Below are positions 50,939 through 60,970 of a stretch of DNA of 64,000 nt, one piece after another. How positions within the stretch are numbered: the stretch's first letter is position 1; each line of letters begins with the position of its first letter. A model generated the notes under the pieces. The model was not told the DNA's origin and did not search any database. It was given only the letters and a program-made list of their open reading frames with translations. This DNA comes from Thermodesulfobacteriota bacterium (lineage in GTDB: Bacteria; Desulfobacterota; Desulfarculia; JACQYL01): the NCBI GenBank assembly GCA_963675595.2, contig CAXXLZ010000002.1, positions 3,104,001 through 3,168,000 on the forward strand. The letters are read 5' to 3'. A program made the position numbers and the translations under genes.

Positions 50939-52063
50939 ATGAACGGTCTCAGACTGGCGGATGTTTCGAAGATATATGGAAGCGGGAAAGAGGGAGGTGT
51001 GGTTGCGGTCCGGGGATTGAGCCTGGACGTGAACCGGGGGGAGTCCCTGGTGATTTTGGGGCCGTCGGGTTGCGGCAAGACCACCATGTTGCGCTTGATT
51101 GCGGGGTTGGAGCAGTTGACCGGAGGAGATATTTTGCTGCACGGTCGTTCCCTGACGAATGTGCCTCCCCATCGGCGTCCCCTGGCTTTGGTGTTCCAGA
51201 ACCATGCGGTGTACCCTCACATGACGGCGGAGCGGAACCTGACCTATGCCCTGCGGGTGCGTAGATTCGACGCGGGAACCATCCGTAGACGACTGGAAGA
51301 GACGGCCGGCCTGCTGCGGATCAGTGGTGAGGAACTCCGGCGCAGACCGTCGGAACTGTCCGGAGGCCAGAAGCAGCGGGTGGCTTTGGGGCGGGCTCTC
51401 ATGCTTCGCCCCGAACTGCTGCTGCTGGACGAGCCCTTTTCCCAGTTGGACCAGCAACTGCGGGTGGAACTCCGGTCTGAACTGCGCTCCATACGCAAAG
51501 CCGTGGATTCCACCCTGGTGGTGGTGACTCACGATCAGGCGGACGCCGCGGCTTTAGGGGATCGCATCGCGTTGATGAATCATGGGCGGATCGAACAGGT
51601 CGGCACGGCGCGGGATTTGTACCGCCGTCCGGACAACCTGTTTGTGGCCAAGTTCATGTCTCCGCCTCCCATGAACCTGATTCGGGGGGTGATCGAGCAA
51701 CGGGAAGACCATTTGTTTTTTCGAGAGGAGGTCTCGGGGGTCGTGTCTTTCCAGCTTACGCCTGAGCAGCAAAGGAGCCTGGAAGCGCACGGCGGCCGAC
51801 ACGTCATTGCGGGGGTCAGGCCCGACGGGATTTCTTTGAAAGCGTACTCGGATTCGGAGGGAACGACTTTGCGGGGTTGCGCAAAGATCACGGCGGTGGA
51901 AGATACCGGCGCGGCCGTTTGGGTGACGCTGAACACCGGGACTCACCCCATGCGTTGCGAGGCGTCTCCGGAAGATTGCGTCGCCGTGGGAGATCGCGCG
52001 GCGCTCATGATCGACGCGTCGGAAGCGGTGTTCTTCGATCCGGTGAGTGAACAAAGGATGTAA
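50939..52063 (+). CDS. ABC ATP-binding protein (MalK/UgpC-like, with TOBE-type C-terminus)
   Basis: Walker A GPSGCGKT, LSGGQKQRVALGRAL, LLLDEP, VTHDQ, PDNLFVAKF...PMN. Confidence 0.95.
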   Translation: MNGLRLADVSKIYGSGKEGGVVAVRGLSLDVNRGESLVILGPSGCGKTTMLRLIAGLEQLTGGDILLHGRSLTNVPPHRRPLALVFQNHAVYPHMTAERNLTYALRVRRFDAGTIRRRLEETAGLLRISGEELRRRPSELSGGQKQRVALGRALMLRPELLLLDEPFSQLDQQLRVELRSELRSIRKAVDSTLVVVTHDQADAAALGDRIALMNHGRIEQVGTARDLYRRPDNLFVAKFMSPPPMNLIRGVIEQREDHLFFREEVSGVVSFQLTPEQQRSLEAHGGRHVIAGVRPDGISLKAYSDSEGTTLRGCAKITAVEDTGAAVWVTLNTGTHPMRCEASPEDCVAVGDRAALMIDASEAVFFDPVSEQRM

Positions 52064-52529
52064 GCATTCACGGGGTGGACTCGTCTATTGTAGGGGCAGG
52101 CCATAGTGCCTGCCCAAAAGTCGGCCGAAGGCCCACCATCTCTCCTGTGCCCCCGTGCCGGCGTCCCTCTGCGGCATACCCCGTGAATAGGTGCCAAAGA
52201 ATTTCGGTGTGAACAGGTTCCTTCCCGGAATGCCCGTATTGCCCATGGTCGGGCGGGACCTGCGATCGGCCCGTTAGACGCGTCCGCGGTCCGTCCCGAG
52301 TCCCCCTCCCATTCTTTCAACGCTTGGTTTCTTTCCGGAGTGCGCCAACCTTACAGTACACGGAAATTCCATATGCGCCGAAAGCGCCCACTTCTCCAAA
52401 TGCGACTCACGGGCTTTATGTAAGGGGCGGGAGTGACGATACACTTATGGTGTCGTCCTTTTTATTGAGTGAAGACCTTTCCGCTTCGAGGCAGTTACCT
52501 CTTAATATGAGAGGGAAGGTACGTGGGGA

Positions 52530-54680
52530 GTGATGGAAATGAAGCATGGAGTCGATAACTTGGCTTGCGGTGAAGAACTTGGAACAAACGAGTCGTGTTC
52601 GGGGAGGAGGGCCGTGGTCGCGAGAGGTGCAAAAGGGAATCGATGGTTCGTGTGGGCGGCTCTTTCCCTAATGTGCGCATGGTCGGTGCTCCTACCCTTG
52701 CAACCCTCCGCTTCGCATGCCGGGAATTCGGCCGGAACGGCTCATCTCTATCAGTTTGACGGTTTCATGGCGCGCGAAGCGCCCGAGAATGATCTTTCCC
52801 GCGCGGTAATCTTCTACAGTCCGTCCGAAAGCGGCCGTTTGAACGAACCTGTTCGGCTCAGCGGCGACATTGGAGCGAAATTCAATGGACATTCCATGTT
52901 TCTACGGAGGGAGGAGAGCCGGCCGGAGGCCTTGTCCGCTTCGGCGTCCCCGGTAGGCGGGTACTCTGCCCATACGCCGGGCGAATCCTCGCCCCCGGGC
53001 TTTGAGCGGGAAGAAACCATCAAATGGGAGTGGCCTTCCGTTTTCGCGAATTTCGACGAAGTGCCTCCCACGGCCGCCGAAGCGGACCCCGCGGACGGCG
53101 GCGGCCTGCTCTACACCACCGCTTCGTCCCACCCGGACGGCGCGTATCCCATGACAACCAACGACTGGGCCGGGTGGCGCGACACGGCGTCCTACCCCGC
53201 TCCCGATGAAGACGTTCGCAATTATTTTTACCTGTATCTCAATTCCTACAATTCATCTCACATGGGATTCTCAACCTACGGGTACCTGGAAATCGACGGC
53301 GAGACCGCCGTTCGTGGTAACAGCCTGAGATACCGCGTCACCGGGGGTATCAACAGTGGCGGGAACTGCGGTACGCCCATCACCACCAAACGGCAATATC
53401 TCGACCTCCTGCAAGCGGGTGAGCATCCGGTATGTGAAGGAGCCGTTATCGGACATCCTTGTCTGTATTTCGCCAACACCGGCCCTAGCTGGAGCCCGGT
53501 GCCTTTTCCACAGGCCCAAGGGGCCAATCGACTGAGCATGTACTATCGCGCCCCGGCCGAATTGACCAACGGCGAGGGGGGATGGGGAAATCGGCCGGAA
53601 ATCACCATGAATGTCGGACCCTATAATGGTGTGGGGGGCCACTGGTACCACGAAGTGTGCAACCAGGGCGGCGGTTGGACGCATGTTCTGATCGACGCCC
53701 ATCCGCAGCACAACAACTCCTGGTCCAGTGCCGCGGACTACCCCTTTCCGAGTTCCAGCCTGCGGGATATGGGAGTCGATTACTTCAATGGTTGGTATCG
53801 ATGGTATGTGACTTTCAAACCCTATGAAGGAATCGCCGCCGCACCCTATGATGTGTGGTTCGACGAAGTGGAGTTCCTTACCGATCCGGAACCTCAAAAT
53901 AATGAAACCGTTTGTTCGCCGGCGGTCACCTGGTTTCCGGAGACGCGGTCCTTCGAGATCGGGTTCATGGACAAATACAAGAACAACGCCTACGCCTACG
54001 CCACCTACGAACTGCGCTACTCGTTCGAACCCATCACCAACGACGATTGGGACCAGGCCACACCGGCCCGCATTCTAGCCGACGAACGATTTTCCATCGG
54101 AGCCCGAGACGACGGCAAGTTCGCCAAGTACTGGCCGTATTACGCGTCGGTCTGGGCGCCCTTTACCCTGGCCTGTGAAGAGGACCTGGATCGGTTGACC
54201 CCGGACACGTTGATCTTCTTCGCCGTCAAAGACATTTCACAGGTGGGAGAAAACGGGATGCAACCCGTTCAGGACACGGGTATCGGTCGGTGGGTCGTGG
54301 GCGGACGCGATTATTCGGCTTACGGCGACACCTTCGACTATGAGGGAGATCAACCGGCACTGCCTTTGATCAAGCGCATCGATTTCCGCGTTCCAAAAGA
54401 ACCCGGCCGCGGCTCGATACGAGTCACCATCCTTCCTTCGGAGGCGGCACAGGCCGGCGCCGGATGGCGCTTGGTCGGGGAGAGCGTTTGGCGCGCCGGC
54501 GGCGACATGGAAACCGACCTGCAGGCCGGTGCTTATACGGTGGAATTCAAGGACGTGGGCGGCTGGAGAAGCCCGGCGAATCTGACGGTGACCGTAACGG
54601 CCGATCAAACCTCACAGCCGTCGGTAACGTATCTACGGGACGCAACCACGGGACTGCTCCTGCTTCTGTTGCCGGATTGA
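52530..54680 (+). CDS. Secreted/surface hypothetical protein with aromatic-rich core, C-terminal Ig/PEGA-like domain and hydrophobic tail
   Basis: 716-aa ORF with host-like codon usage; signal peptide ...SASHA; C-terminal GSIRVTI.P..A..AGA.WR...YTVEFK.V.GW..P....VTV domain; ends GLLLLLLPD. Confidence 0.8.
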   Translation: MMEMKHGVDNLACGEELGTNESCSGRRAVVARGAKGNRWFVWAALSLMCAWSVLLPLQPSASHAGNSAGTAHLYQFDGFMAREAPENDLSRAVIFYSPSESGRLNEPVRLSGDIGAKFNGHSMFLRREESRPEALSASASPVGGYSAHTPGESSPPGFEREETIKWEWPSVFANFDEVPPTAAEADPADGGGLLYTTASSHPDGAYPMTTNDWAGWRDTASYPAPDEDVRNYFYLYLNSYNSSHMGFSTYGYLEIDGETAVRGNSLRYRVTGGINSGGNCGTPITTKRQYLDLLQAGEHPVCEGAVIGHPCLYFANTGPSWSPVPFPQAQGANRLSMYYRAPAELTNGEGGWGNRPEITMNVGPYNGVGGHWYHEVCNQGGGWTHVLIDAHPQHNNSWSSAADYPFPSSSLRDMGVDYFNGWYRWYVTFKPYEGIAAAPYDVWFDEVEFLTDPEPQNNETVCSPAVTWFPETRSFEIGFMDKYKNNAYAYATYELRYSFEPITNDDWDQATPARILADERFSIGARDDGKFAKYWPYYASVWAPFTLACEEDLDRLTPDTLIFFAVKDISQVGENGMQPVQDTGIGRWVVGGRDYSAYGDTFDYEGDQPALPLIKRIDFRVPKEPGRGSIRVTILPSEAAQAGAGWRLVGESVWRAGGDMETDLQAGAYTVEFKDVGGWRSPANLTVTVTADQTSQPSVTYLRDATTGLLLLLLPD

Positions 54681-54995
54681 TCAGGGCCGACGGCGCGGAG
54701 ATCATCTTCGATTTTGCCCATTGAGCATAAAAAGAGGCTCTTCTACCATTGTCTCGAACCGGTACCGAAGTCGTCTCTTGCCCGAGAAATCCCTTCCCAA
54801 TCGCCCCTTTCCGTGGACCTCCATCAGAGTCGGACTGCCTGCTTGACCCAAGGTCATCGGGGTGCGCAGAAAGGAATTTAGGTGCCGTGCGGCTGCCCCG
54901 CCGGTTTCCGGTGATGAAAGAGAGGGGCGGTTCGTTGGACGGACCGCCCCTCGCCGTCCCACGCCCGTGGTCGGACGCGGGAAAGTCTCTCGTTC

Positions 54996-56270
54996 TCAGG
55001 GCGCAACCCTCAGGCTCAGGTCTCCGTTCGGCCAGTAGAAGATCGAAGGAGACGCCTTCACCGCAAAAACCCTGAAGGACAGGTCGTCATCCTGGTGGCT
55101 GATCTTGGGACGCAGCGTCAGCTTGAGGGGTTTGGTTTTCGGGACCTGTACGATGAAGCCGGGCGCGACTTGATACGAATTTCTCGCCACGTCCGCGGGT
55201 TCGCTGTAGAAGGGCCACCACAAGTAATTCGGTTCTTTGAACGAAATATTCCATTCCGCCCGGTTGGAGGCGTAGCTGCTGTTGTCCCGAATGACCACGT
55301 CGGGCGTGGAGTAGCTCTCCGAATAGCCGGCGTTGCCCCCCACGGCGTTCGTGCCGAGGGACGCGCCGATGCTGAATCCCTTGGTGGTGTTTCCCACGGT
55401 GCCGGTGGGCATATATTCGTAGAGCGCGGCGCCGTCGGTGGTGTCCACCGTGGCTTTGAGGTTCATGGCGTACGTATACCAGCCGCATCGCCCACTGGTG
55501 GACTTGTAGTCGTTGATCTCCGATTGGTAGCTGGTGGTCGCCAGAAACCAGTTCTTGGTCGCATTCGTGGTGTTCAGTTTGAACACGTTGATCAGAAACC
55601 GGTAGGAGCCGCCGTGCATGGTTCCTCTCCAGTCCTGGGTATAGGTGGCGTCCCAGGCGCCCGAGTCGGCCTGCGAGGCGAGGGCGTGTTTTTCCAGGAC
55701 TTCGGCGATCCAGTCGGTGAGCAGATCCAGCAGCGTCCCCACCGTGGGGTTTTCATCGAGGCCCAGGTAAAGGTCCTCCCGGTCGCCGTCCGGAACCCCG
55801 TACATGAAGTAGGCGTAATTTTCCGGATCGCTCGTCTCACCATGATCACCGGGATCGAAGGCATTTAGCGCTTCACGGAGTGCGGCGTCCCCTCCGATCA
55901 GTCCGAAGAACTCCCCCGCCCGGGCTCGGGAAGTGAACAGGGCCAGGGTTTCCGAGTCGAAGGAGTTGAGAACCTCGGCGCTCTTGAACAGAAAGACGTT
56001 GATGAAGGCGGACGAGTCCGGTCCTTGGGCGTCGGTATAAACCTCGGTGGGGTCCGTCTGCTCGTCGCTGAGGGCGGCGGCGAGCTGCTCTCCCGAATAG
56101 GCTTCGAGCCGGTCGTGACTTTGTACGATGATGAGTTGGACCTGAAGCGGCTCGATTTCGGATGCCTCCGGCGTTTCATGGCCGGTGCCGCACCAGGCGC
56201 CTTGGGCGAATCCGACAATCAAGACACAACACATCAAGGCTGTGATTTTTCTCCCGAAAAATAGGTTCAA
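54996..56270 (-). CDS. Secreted protein, paralog A; C-terminal leukocidin/hemolysin-like beta-pore-forming motif (putative)
   Basis: TTG 56270 after AAGGAGAGG gives 424 aa, the same length as paralog B; signal peptide; YEYMPTGTVGNTTKGFSIGASLG...YSESYSTPDVVIRD...AEWNISF. Confidence 0.75.
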   Translation of the reverse strand: MNLFFGRKITALMCCVLIVGFAQGAWCGTGHETPEASEIEPLQVQLIIVQSHDRLEAYSGEQLAAALSDEQTDPTEVYTDAQGPDSSAFINVFLFKSAEVLNSFDSETLALFTSRARAGEFFGLIGGDAALREALNAFDPGDHGETSDPENYAYFMYGVPDGDREDLYLGLDENPTVGTLLDLLTDWIAEVLEKHALASQADSGAWDATYTQDWRGTMHGGSYRFLINVFKLNTTNATKNWFLATTSYQSEINDYKSTSGRCGWYTYAMNLKATVDTTDGAALYEYMPTGTVGNTTKGFSIGASLGTNAVGGNAGYSESYSTPDVVIRDNSSYASNRAEWNISFKEPNYLWWPFYSEPADVARNSYQVAPGFIVQVPKTKPLKLTLRPKISHQDDDLSFRVFAVKASPSIFYWPNGDLSLRVAP

Positions 56271-56452
56271 GGTTCCTCTCCTTTGCCGGCGGTTGTTGTA
56301 GATAGAAACCTTCAGAAAAAACCCTTGTCTCCGCTTGCGGGAACGGGCGATCCTTCCCGCGTCTCCGTGCACTCAGCGGTGATGCGACCGGCGAAAGCCG
56401 GGATGTTCGTGGTGCTGCAAATGAAACCCATTTGTTCCCATCGGTGTCGGAC

Positions 56453-57727
56453 TCAGGGCGCAACCCTCAGGCTCAGGTCTCCGTTGGGCCAGTAAGTGGT
56501 CCAAGGAGACACCTTCAACACAACAACCCTGAAGGACAGGTCGTCGTCCCGGTGACTGATCTTGGGGCGCAGCTTCAGCTTGAGCGGTTTGGTCTTCGGG
56601 ACCTGTACGATGAAACTGGGCGCGACTTGATACGAATTTCTCGCCACGTCCGCGGGTTCGCCGTAGAAGGGCCACCACAAGTAATTCGGTTCCTTGAACG
56701 AAATATTCCATTCCGCCCGGTTGGAGGCGTAGCTGCTGTTGTCCCGAATGACCGCGTCGGGCGTGGTGTAGCTTTCCGAATACTCGGCGCTGCCTCCCAC
56801 GGAATCGGTGCCCAGGGAACCCCCGATACTGAATCCTTTGGTGGTGTCTCCCACGGTGCCGGTGGGCATGTAGTCATAGAGCAAGGCGCCGTCGGTGGTG
56901 TCCACCGTGGCTTTGAGGTTCATGGCGTTCGTATACCAGCCGCATCGCCCGCTGTTGGACCTGTAGTCGTCGATCTCCGATTGGTAGCTGGTGGTCACCA
57001 GAAACCAGTTCTTGGTCGGATTCGTGGTGTTCAGTTTGAACACGTTGACCAGAAACCGGTAGGAGCCGCCGTCCATGGTTCCTCTCCAGTCCTGGGTATA
57101 GGTGGCGTCCCAGGCGCCCGAGTCGGCTTGTGAGGCAAAGGCGTGTTTTTCCAGGACCTCGGCGATCCAGTCGGTGAGCAGATCCAGGAGCGACCCCACT
57201 GTGGGGTTTTCATCCAGGCCCAGGTAAAGGTCCTCCCGGTCGCCGTCCGGAACTCCGTACATGAAGTAGGCGTAATTCTCCGGATCGCTCGTCTCACCTT
57301 TATCACCCGGATCGAAGGCGTCCAGCGCCTGCCTCAGCGCCGCGTCCCCGCCGATGAGTCCGAAAAACTCCCCCGCCTGCGCCCGGGAAGCGAACAAAGC
57401 CAGGGTTTCCGAGTCGAAAGAATTGAGAACGTCTACGCTCTTGAACAGAAAGACGTTGATGAAAGCGGACGAGTCCGGTCCTTGGGCGTCGGAATAGATC
57501 TCGGTGGGGTCCGTCTGCTCGTTGTTGAGGGCGGCGGCGAGCTGCTCTCCCGAATAGGCTTCGAACCGATCCTGACTTTGTACGATGATGAGTTGGACGT
57601 GAAGCGGCTCGATTTCGGTCGCCTCCGGCGTTTCATGGCCGATGCCGCCCCAGGCGCCTTGGGCGAATCCGACAAACAATACACAGCACATCAAGGCTGT
57701 GATTTTTCTCAGAAAGAATGAGTACAC
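56453..57727 (-). CDS. Secreted protein, paralog B; C-terminal leukocidin/hemolysin-like beta-pore-forming motif (putative)
   Basis: 424 aa, GTG after AAGGAGAGG, highly similar to paralog A over its full length. Confidence 0.75.
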   Translation of the reverse strand: MYSFFLRKITALMCCVLFVGFAQGAWGGIGHETPEATEIEPLHVQLIIVQSQDRFEAYSGEQLAAALNNEQTDPTEIYSDAQGPDSSAFINVFLFKSVDVLNSFDSETLALFASRAQAGEFFGLIGGDAALRQALDAFDPGDKGETSDPENYAYFMYGVPDGDREDLYLGLDENPTVGSLLDLLTDWIAEVLEKHAFASQADSGAWDATYTQDWRGTMDGGSYRFLVNVFKLNTTNPTKNWFLVTTSYQSEIDDYRSNSGRCGWYTNAMNLKATVDTTDGALLYDYMPTGTVGDTTKGFSIGGSLGTDSVGGSAEYSESYTTPDAVIRDNSSYASNRAEWNISFKEPNYLWWPFYGEPADVARNSYQVAPSFIVQVPKTKPLKLKLRPKISHRDDDLSFRVVVLKVSPWTTYWPNGDLSLRVAP

Positions 57728-57976
57728 CGTTCCTCTCCTTTGTTTGAGCCGGATTGTGAACCGAGACTTGTATCGAAAGGCCGCATATTCGCTTGCATGA
57801 TCGGGCGACCTACCGGAAGCACGGCTTTAGCCGGCGATCACTACCCGACTGAAGTCGAGCTCCATAGCCGATAATGCAGGCGAATACAAATTTCAAGGCA
57901 ATGTTCCCTGATTTCGGGAAACGAATGCCGAAATTCCTCTTGATCATTCACGCCATGAGGATGATGTTTCTTGAAG

Positions 57977-58678
57977 TCAGTCTTTCAGCGGCGTCTCGGC
58001 GTAGAAGTCACCGCGCGACCCCAGCCCGTGCGTGTCGTAGGCTTCGATCCAGGACGCCACCTTTTCCGGACCGTAGGCTTCCCGCCAGGCGGACACGATG
58101 GCATCCACGGGGACGTCGTCGAAGATTCCGTGATACGACACGTATTCCATGTATCGCTGTCGCTCCCGGTTGTAAGGCTGAAACAGGGAATCCGTTTTGC
58201 CGTCGAATTCCAAAGGTTCCACGTCGTGGCGCTGACAAAGCTCCCGGTTGAACGCGGGTGTGGACCTCACCCATCGTCCTTCGAGATAAAACTCCGTGAA
58301 TCCGTGAAACACGAACACATTGGAGCCCAGGTAGGAGATCAGGCGTTGTGTGGCCAGATGATTCTTCACCGTGGCGAAGCCCAACCGGGCGGGAATGCCG
58401 CACAGGCGTCCAAGAGCGCAAAGCAGGGCGGCCTTGGGAATGCAGAAACCGCGACCCACCTCCAGTATCCAGCTCGCCCGGTAATGCTCCGGTTTGTGAA
58501 AAGGAAAGTAGGGATCGTAGCGGATACCGTCGCGCACGGCATAATAAAGGCGCACCGCCTTTTCGACGGGTTCCGTGGAGGAGCCTACGGCGTTTGCGGC
58601 ATAATCCTTCACTCGAGGGTGCTCGTAGTCGAGAATCTCGGTGGGCTTGAGATATTTCGGGTCGATGGAATCGGACAA
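57977..58678 (-). CDS. Transglutaminase-like domain protein
   Basis: YL.PT..LD..HP, LYYAVRD.IRYDPY, catalytic GFCIPKA, GIPARLGFA.VKNH, FHG..E.YL.G.WV. Confidence 0.92.
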   Translation of the reverse strand: MSDSIDPKYLKPTEILDYEHPRVKDYAANAVGSSTEPVEKAVRLYYAVRDGIRYDPYFPFHKPEHYRASWILEVGRGFCIPKAALLCALGRLCGIPARLGFATVKNHLATQRLISYLGSNVFVFHGFTEFYLEGRWVRSTPAFNRELCQRHDVEPLEFDGKTDSLFQPYNRERQRYMEYVSYHGIFDDVPVDAIVSAWREAYGPEKVASWIEAYDTHGLGSRGDFYAETPLKD

Positions 58679-58962
58679 GGGGACCTCCGGAGTGGTTCAC
58701 CGACGAATCATGGAAGAAAGCGCCGCGATTCGTCGGGTTGTCTCGGTACCCCGCTTCACCGCGGAAAACCGGTTGAGGGATCAATCACGGTCATCTAGAA
58801 TGGTTTCGGGAAGAAAAGCAAGAACCAAGTCCGAAAGGGCCGTGTCCGGATGCGATTCGCATGGGTCGGAAGATTGAGCCCCTGGGGAGCAACCCCCGCG
58901 CGTGGGGGTTGTTGTCTTGGACGCGCCCGAGGCGAGATTGTCCGGGCGGGAAAGGAACTCGT

Positions 58963-59430
58963 TTGATCGAGATTTTCATAGACGCCGACGGCTGCCCGGT
59001 GAAGGAGGAGATCTATCGGGTCGCCGCGCGGCATGGAGCGCGAGTCAAAGTGGTATCCAACTCGTGGATGCGCGTGCCGGACCACGAGAGTGTGGAGCTG
59101 GTGGTGGTGAGCGAAGGACTCGACGAAGCGGACGATTGGATCGTGGACCATGTGTCCCGCAACGGCATCGTGGTGACCGCCGATATTCCTTTGGCTTCGC
59201 GGAGCCTGGAAAAGGGTGCCAAAGCGTTGAGCCCCAAGGGTCGCATATTCTCGGAAGACACCATAGGGACGGCTTTGGCCGACCGGGACCTCCTGGCGCA
59301 ACTTCGCAGTTCGGGCATGATGACGGGCGGACCCGCTCCCATGGCGAAAAAGGACCGATCTCGGTTCCTGGAGCGTTTGGAAGAAGTCGTCCGCTCCGTG
59401 GAGCGGGAGCTGGGTTCCGGCGTCCCATGA
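58963..59430 (+). CDS. YaiI/YqxD family (DUF188) protein
   Basis: IFIDADGCPVKEE, DEADDWI, VVTADIPLA, LR..G.MTGGP; TTG start after AAGGA. Confidence 0.93.
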   Translation: MIEIFIDADGCPVKEEIYRVAARHGARVKVVSNSWMRVPDHESVELVVVSEGLDEADDWIVDHVSRNGIVVTADIPLASRSLEKGAKALSPKGRIFSEDTIGTALADRDLLAQLRSSGMMTGGPAPMAKKDRSRFLERLEEVVRSVERELGSGVP

Positions 59431-59533
59431 ACCCAACCCCTTCCTTCCATGTGAAGCCCTCCGCCGGATCTTGCCCACGTGCGTGAGACCTGGATCACGC
59501 GGCCTTTGCATTGAAAATGTACTTCGGTCGTAA

Positions 59534-60895
59534 TCATTCCGGCCGTAGAATCCGGGCCCAGCGGGGATGCACTTCCGGAATCCGCAGGACGTTTCCCCGC
59601 GCCCGGAACCGATCCTCAGGGTTCAGCAGGTCTCTGAGACGGATGCCCTCGGTGAACGGCGAAGGAACATCCACGTGCACCGGCTTATCCGAGGCGTTGA
59701 GAATCACGACCACGGTTTCGTCCGGCGTGGCCCGTTGGTAGGCCAACTGTTCGTGGGCCACGAGCAATTGCCCGTAGTCTCCATATTTGAGTGCCGGGCT
59801 GTCTTTCCGAATCCGGGCCAACTGTGCGATGGTGCGGGCCAGGTCGGGGTGTGGGCATTGGTGCGGCGTCTTCAGGAATTCGAGGGCCGGTCTCAAAGCT
59901 CCGTCGCCGTTGCGGGTCCTCTTTCCCTCCATCCCCCATTCACTTCCATAATAGATGGAAGGTACGCCCGGCATGGTGAAGAGCAGGCAGTAGAGCGGAT
60001 ATAGATGGGCGGGTTCGGTGAGGTTGCTCGCCACGCGGTTCACGTCGTGGTTGTCCGCGAAGTTGTACAAAGGCAAGCCCGCATAGAGGCCCTCCTTTCC
60101 GAACTGCCGATTGAGGGCATAGGCGATTTCGAAGTAGTTCCGATCCACGTGGCTTGAATAGAGCCCTTTGTAGCATTCGTAATTGGTTACGGAATCCAGC
60201 AGTTGCGGATTGGCCAATCGGCGGTAGTCTCCGCGTACGACTTCTCCCATGAGCCAGAAATCCGGTTTCATCTTTCTGCAGAAGGCGGCCAAGTCCCGGA
60301 GGAAGGCCGGGTCCACACAGTCCGCGGCGTCCAGGCGCAGTCCGTCGATTTCGTATTCCCGAATCCATGCCCCCACCGCCTCGAACAGATGATTTCTGAG
60401 CTCGGGGTCGGAGAGGTTCAGTTTGACCAAGTCGAAATGCCCGTTCCAGCCTTCATAAGAAAAGGGGTCTCCATAGGGGCTTGTGCCTTTAAAGGACAGC
60501 CCGGAAAACCAATTTCGATAATCGGATCGATCCAACCGTTGTCGGACGTCCCGGAAGGCCTGGAAATCGCGACCCACGTGGTGGAAAACACCGTCGAGGA
60601 TCACTCGGAACCCCCTCTGCTTGAGTTTTCGCATCAAGCGAGAGAGGGTTTGGTTGGTGCCCAGGCGGCGATCGACCAGATGAAAGTCGGCGGTATCGTA
60701 CCCATGGGCGGTGGATTCGAACACGGGACCGAGGTAAAGGGCGTTGACGCCCAGCTCTTCCCAGTGGTCGACCCACTCAAAAAGTCGTTCCAGTCGGGGA
60801 ACGGGAGGAGAAACGAAATCGTTTCGGGGGGGCGTTCCGCAGAATCCCAAAGGATAGATATGGTAAAAGATGGAATTCCGTGCCCAGTGCGTCAT
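59534..60895 (-). CDS. GH13 alpha-amylase family glycosidase (neopullulanase/cyclomaltodextrinase-like)
   Basis: FYHIYPLGF, HGYD, LDGVFHH, DGLRLDAAD (nucleophile), GEV (acid/base), DNHD, PGVPSIYYGSE. Confidence 0.95.
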   Translation of the reverse strand: MTHWARNSIFYHIYPLGFCGTPPRNDFVSPPVPRLERLFEWVDHWEELGVNALYLGPVFESTAHGYDTADFHLVDRRLGTNQTLSRLMRKLKQRGFRVILDGVFHHVGRDFQAFRDVRQRLDRSDYRNWFSGLSFKGTSPYGDPFSYEGWNGHFDLVKLNLSDPELRNHLFEAVGAWIREYEIDGLRLDAADCVDPAFLRDLAAFCRKMKPDFWLMGEVVRGDYRRLANPQLLDSVTNYECYKGLYSSHVDRNYFEIAYALNRQFGKEGLYAGLPLYNFADNHDVNRVASNLTEPAHLYPLYCLLFTMPGVPSIYYGSEWGMEGKRTRNGDGALRPALEFLKTPHQCPHPDLARTIAQLARIRKDSPALKYGDYGQLLVAHEQLAYQRATPDETVVVILNASDKPVHVDVPSPFTEGIRLRDLLNPEDRFRARGNVLRIPEVHPRWARILRPE

Positions 60896-60913
60896 GTCGA
60901 ACCTCCATTTAAG

Positions 60914-60931
60914 CTATACCGATCGGTATAG
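60914..60931. promoter_or_regulatory. Putative TetR operator upstream of the GH13 gene
   Basis: Perfect 18-bp palindrome CTATACCGATCGGTATAG. Confidence 0.75.
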
Positions 60932-60970
60932 TATAGGGAAAAAAAAGAAGCCCCGTTTTTCAGCGGCCTG

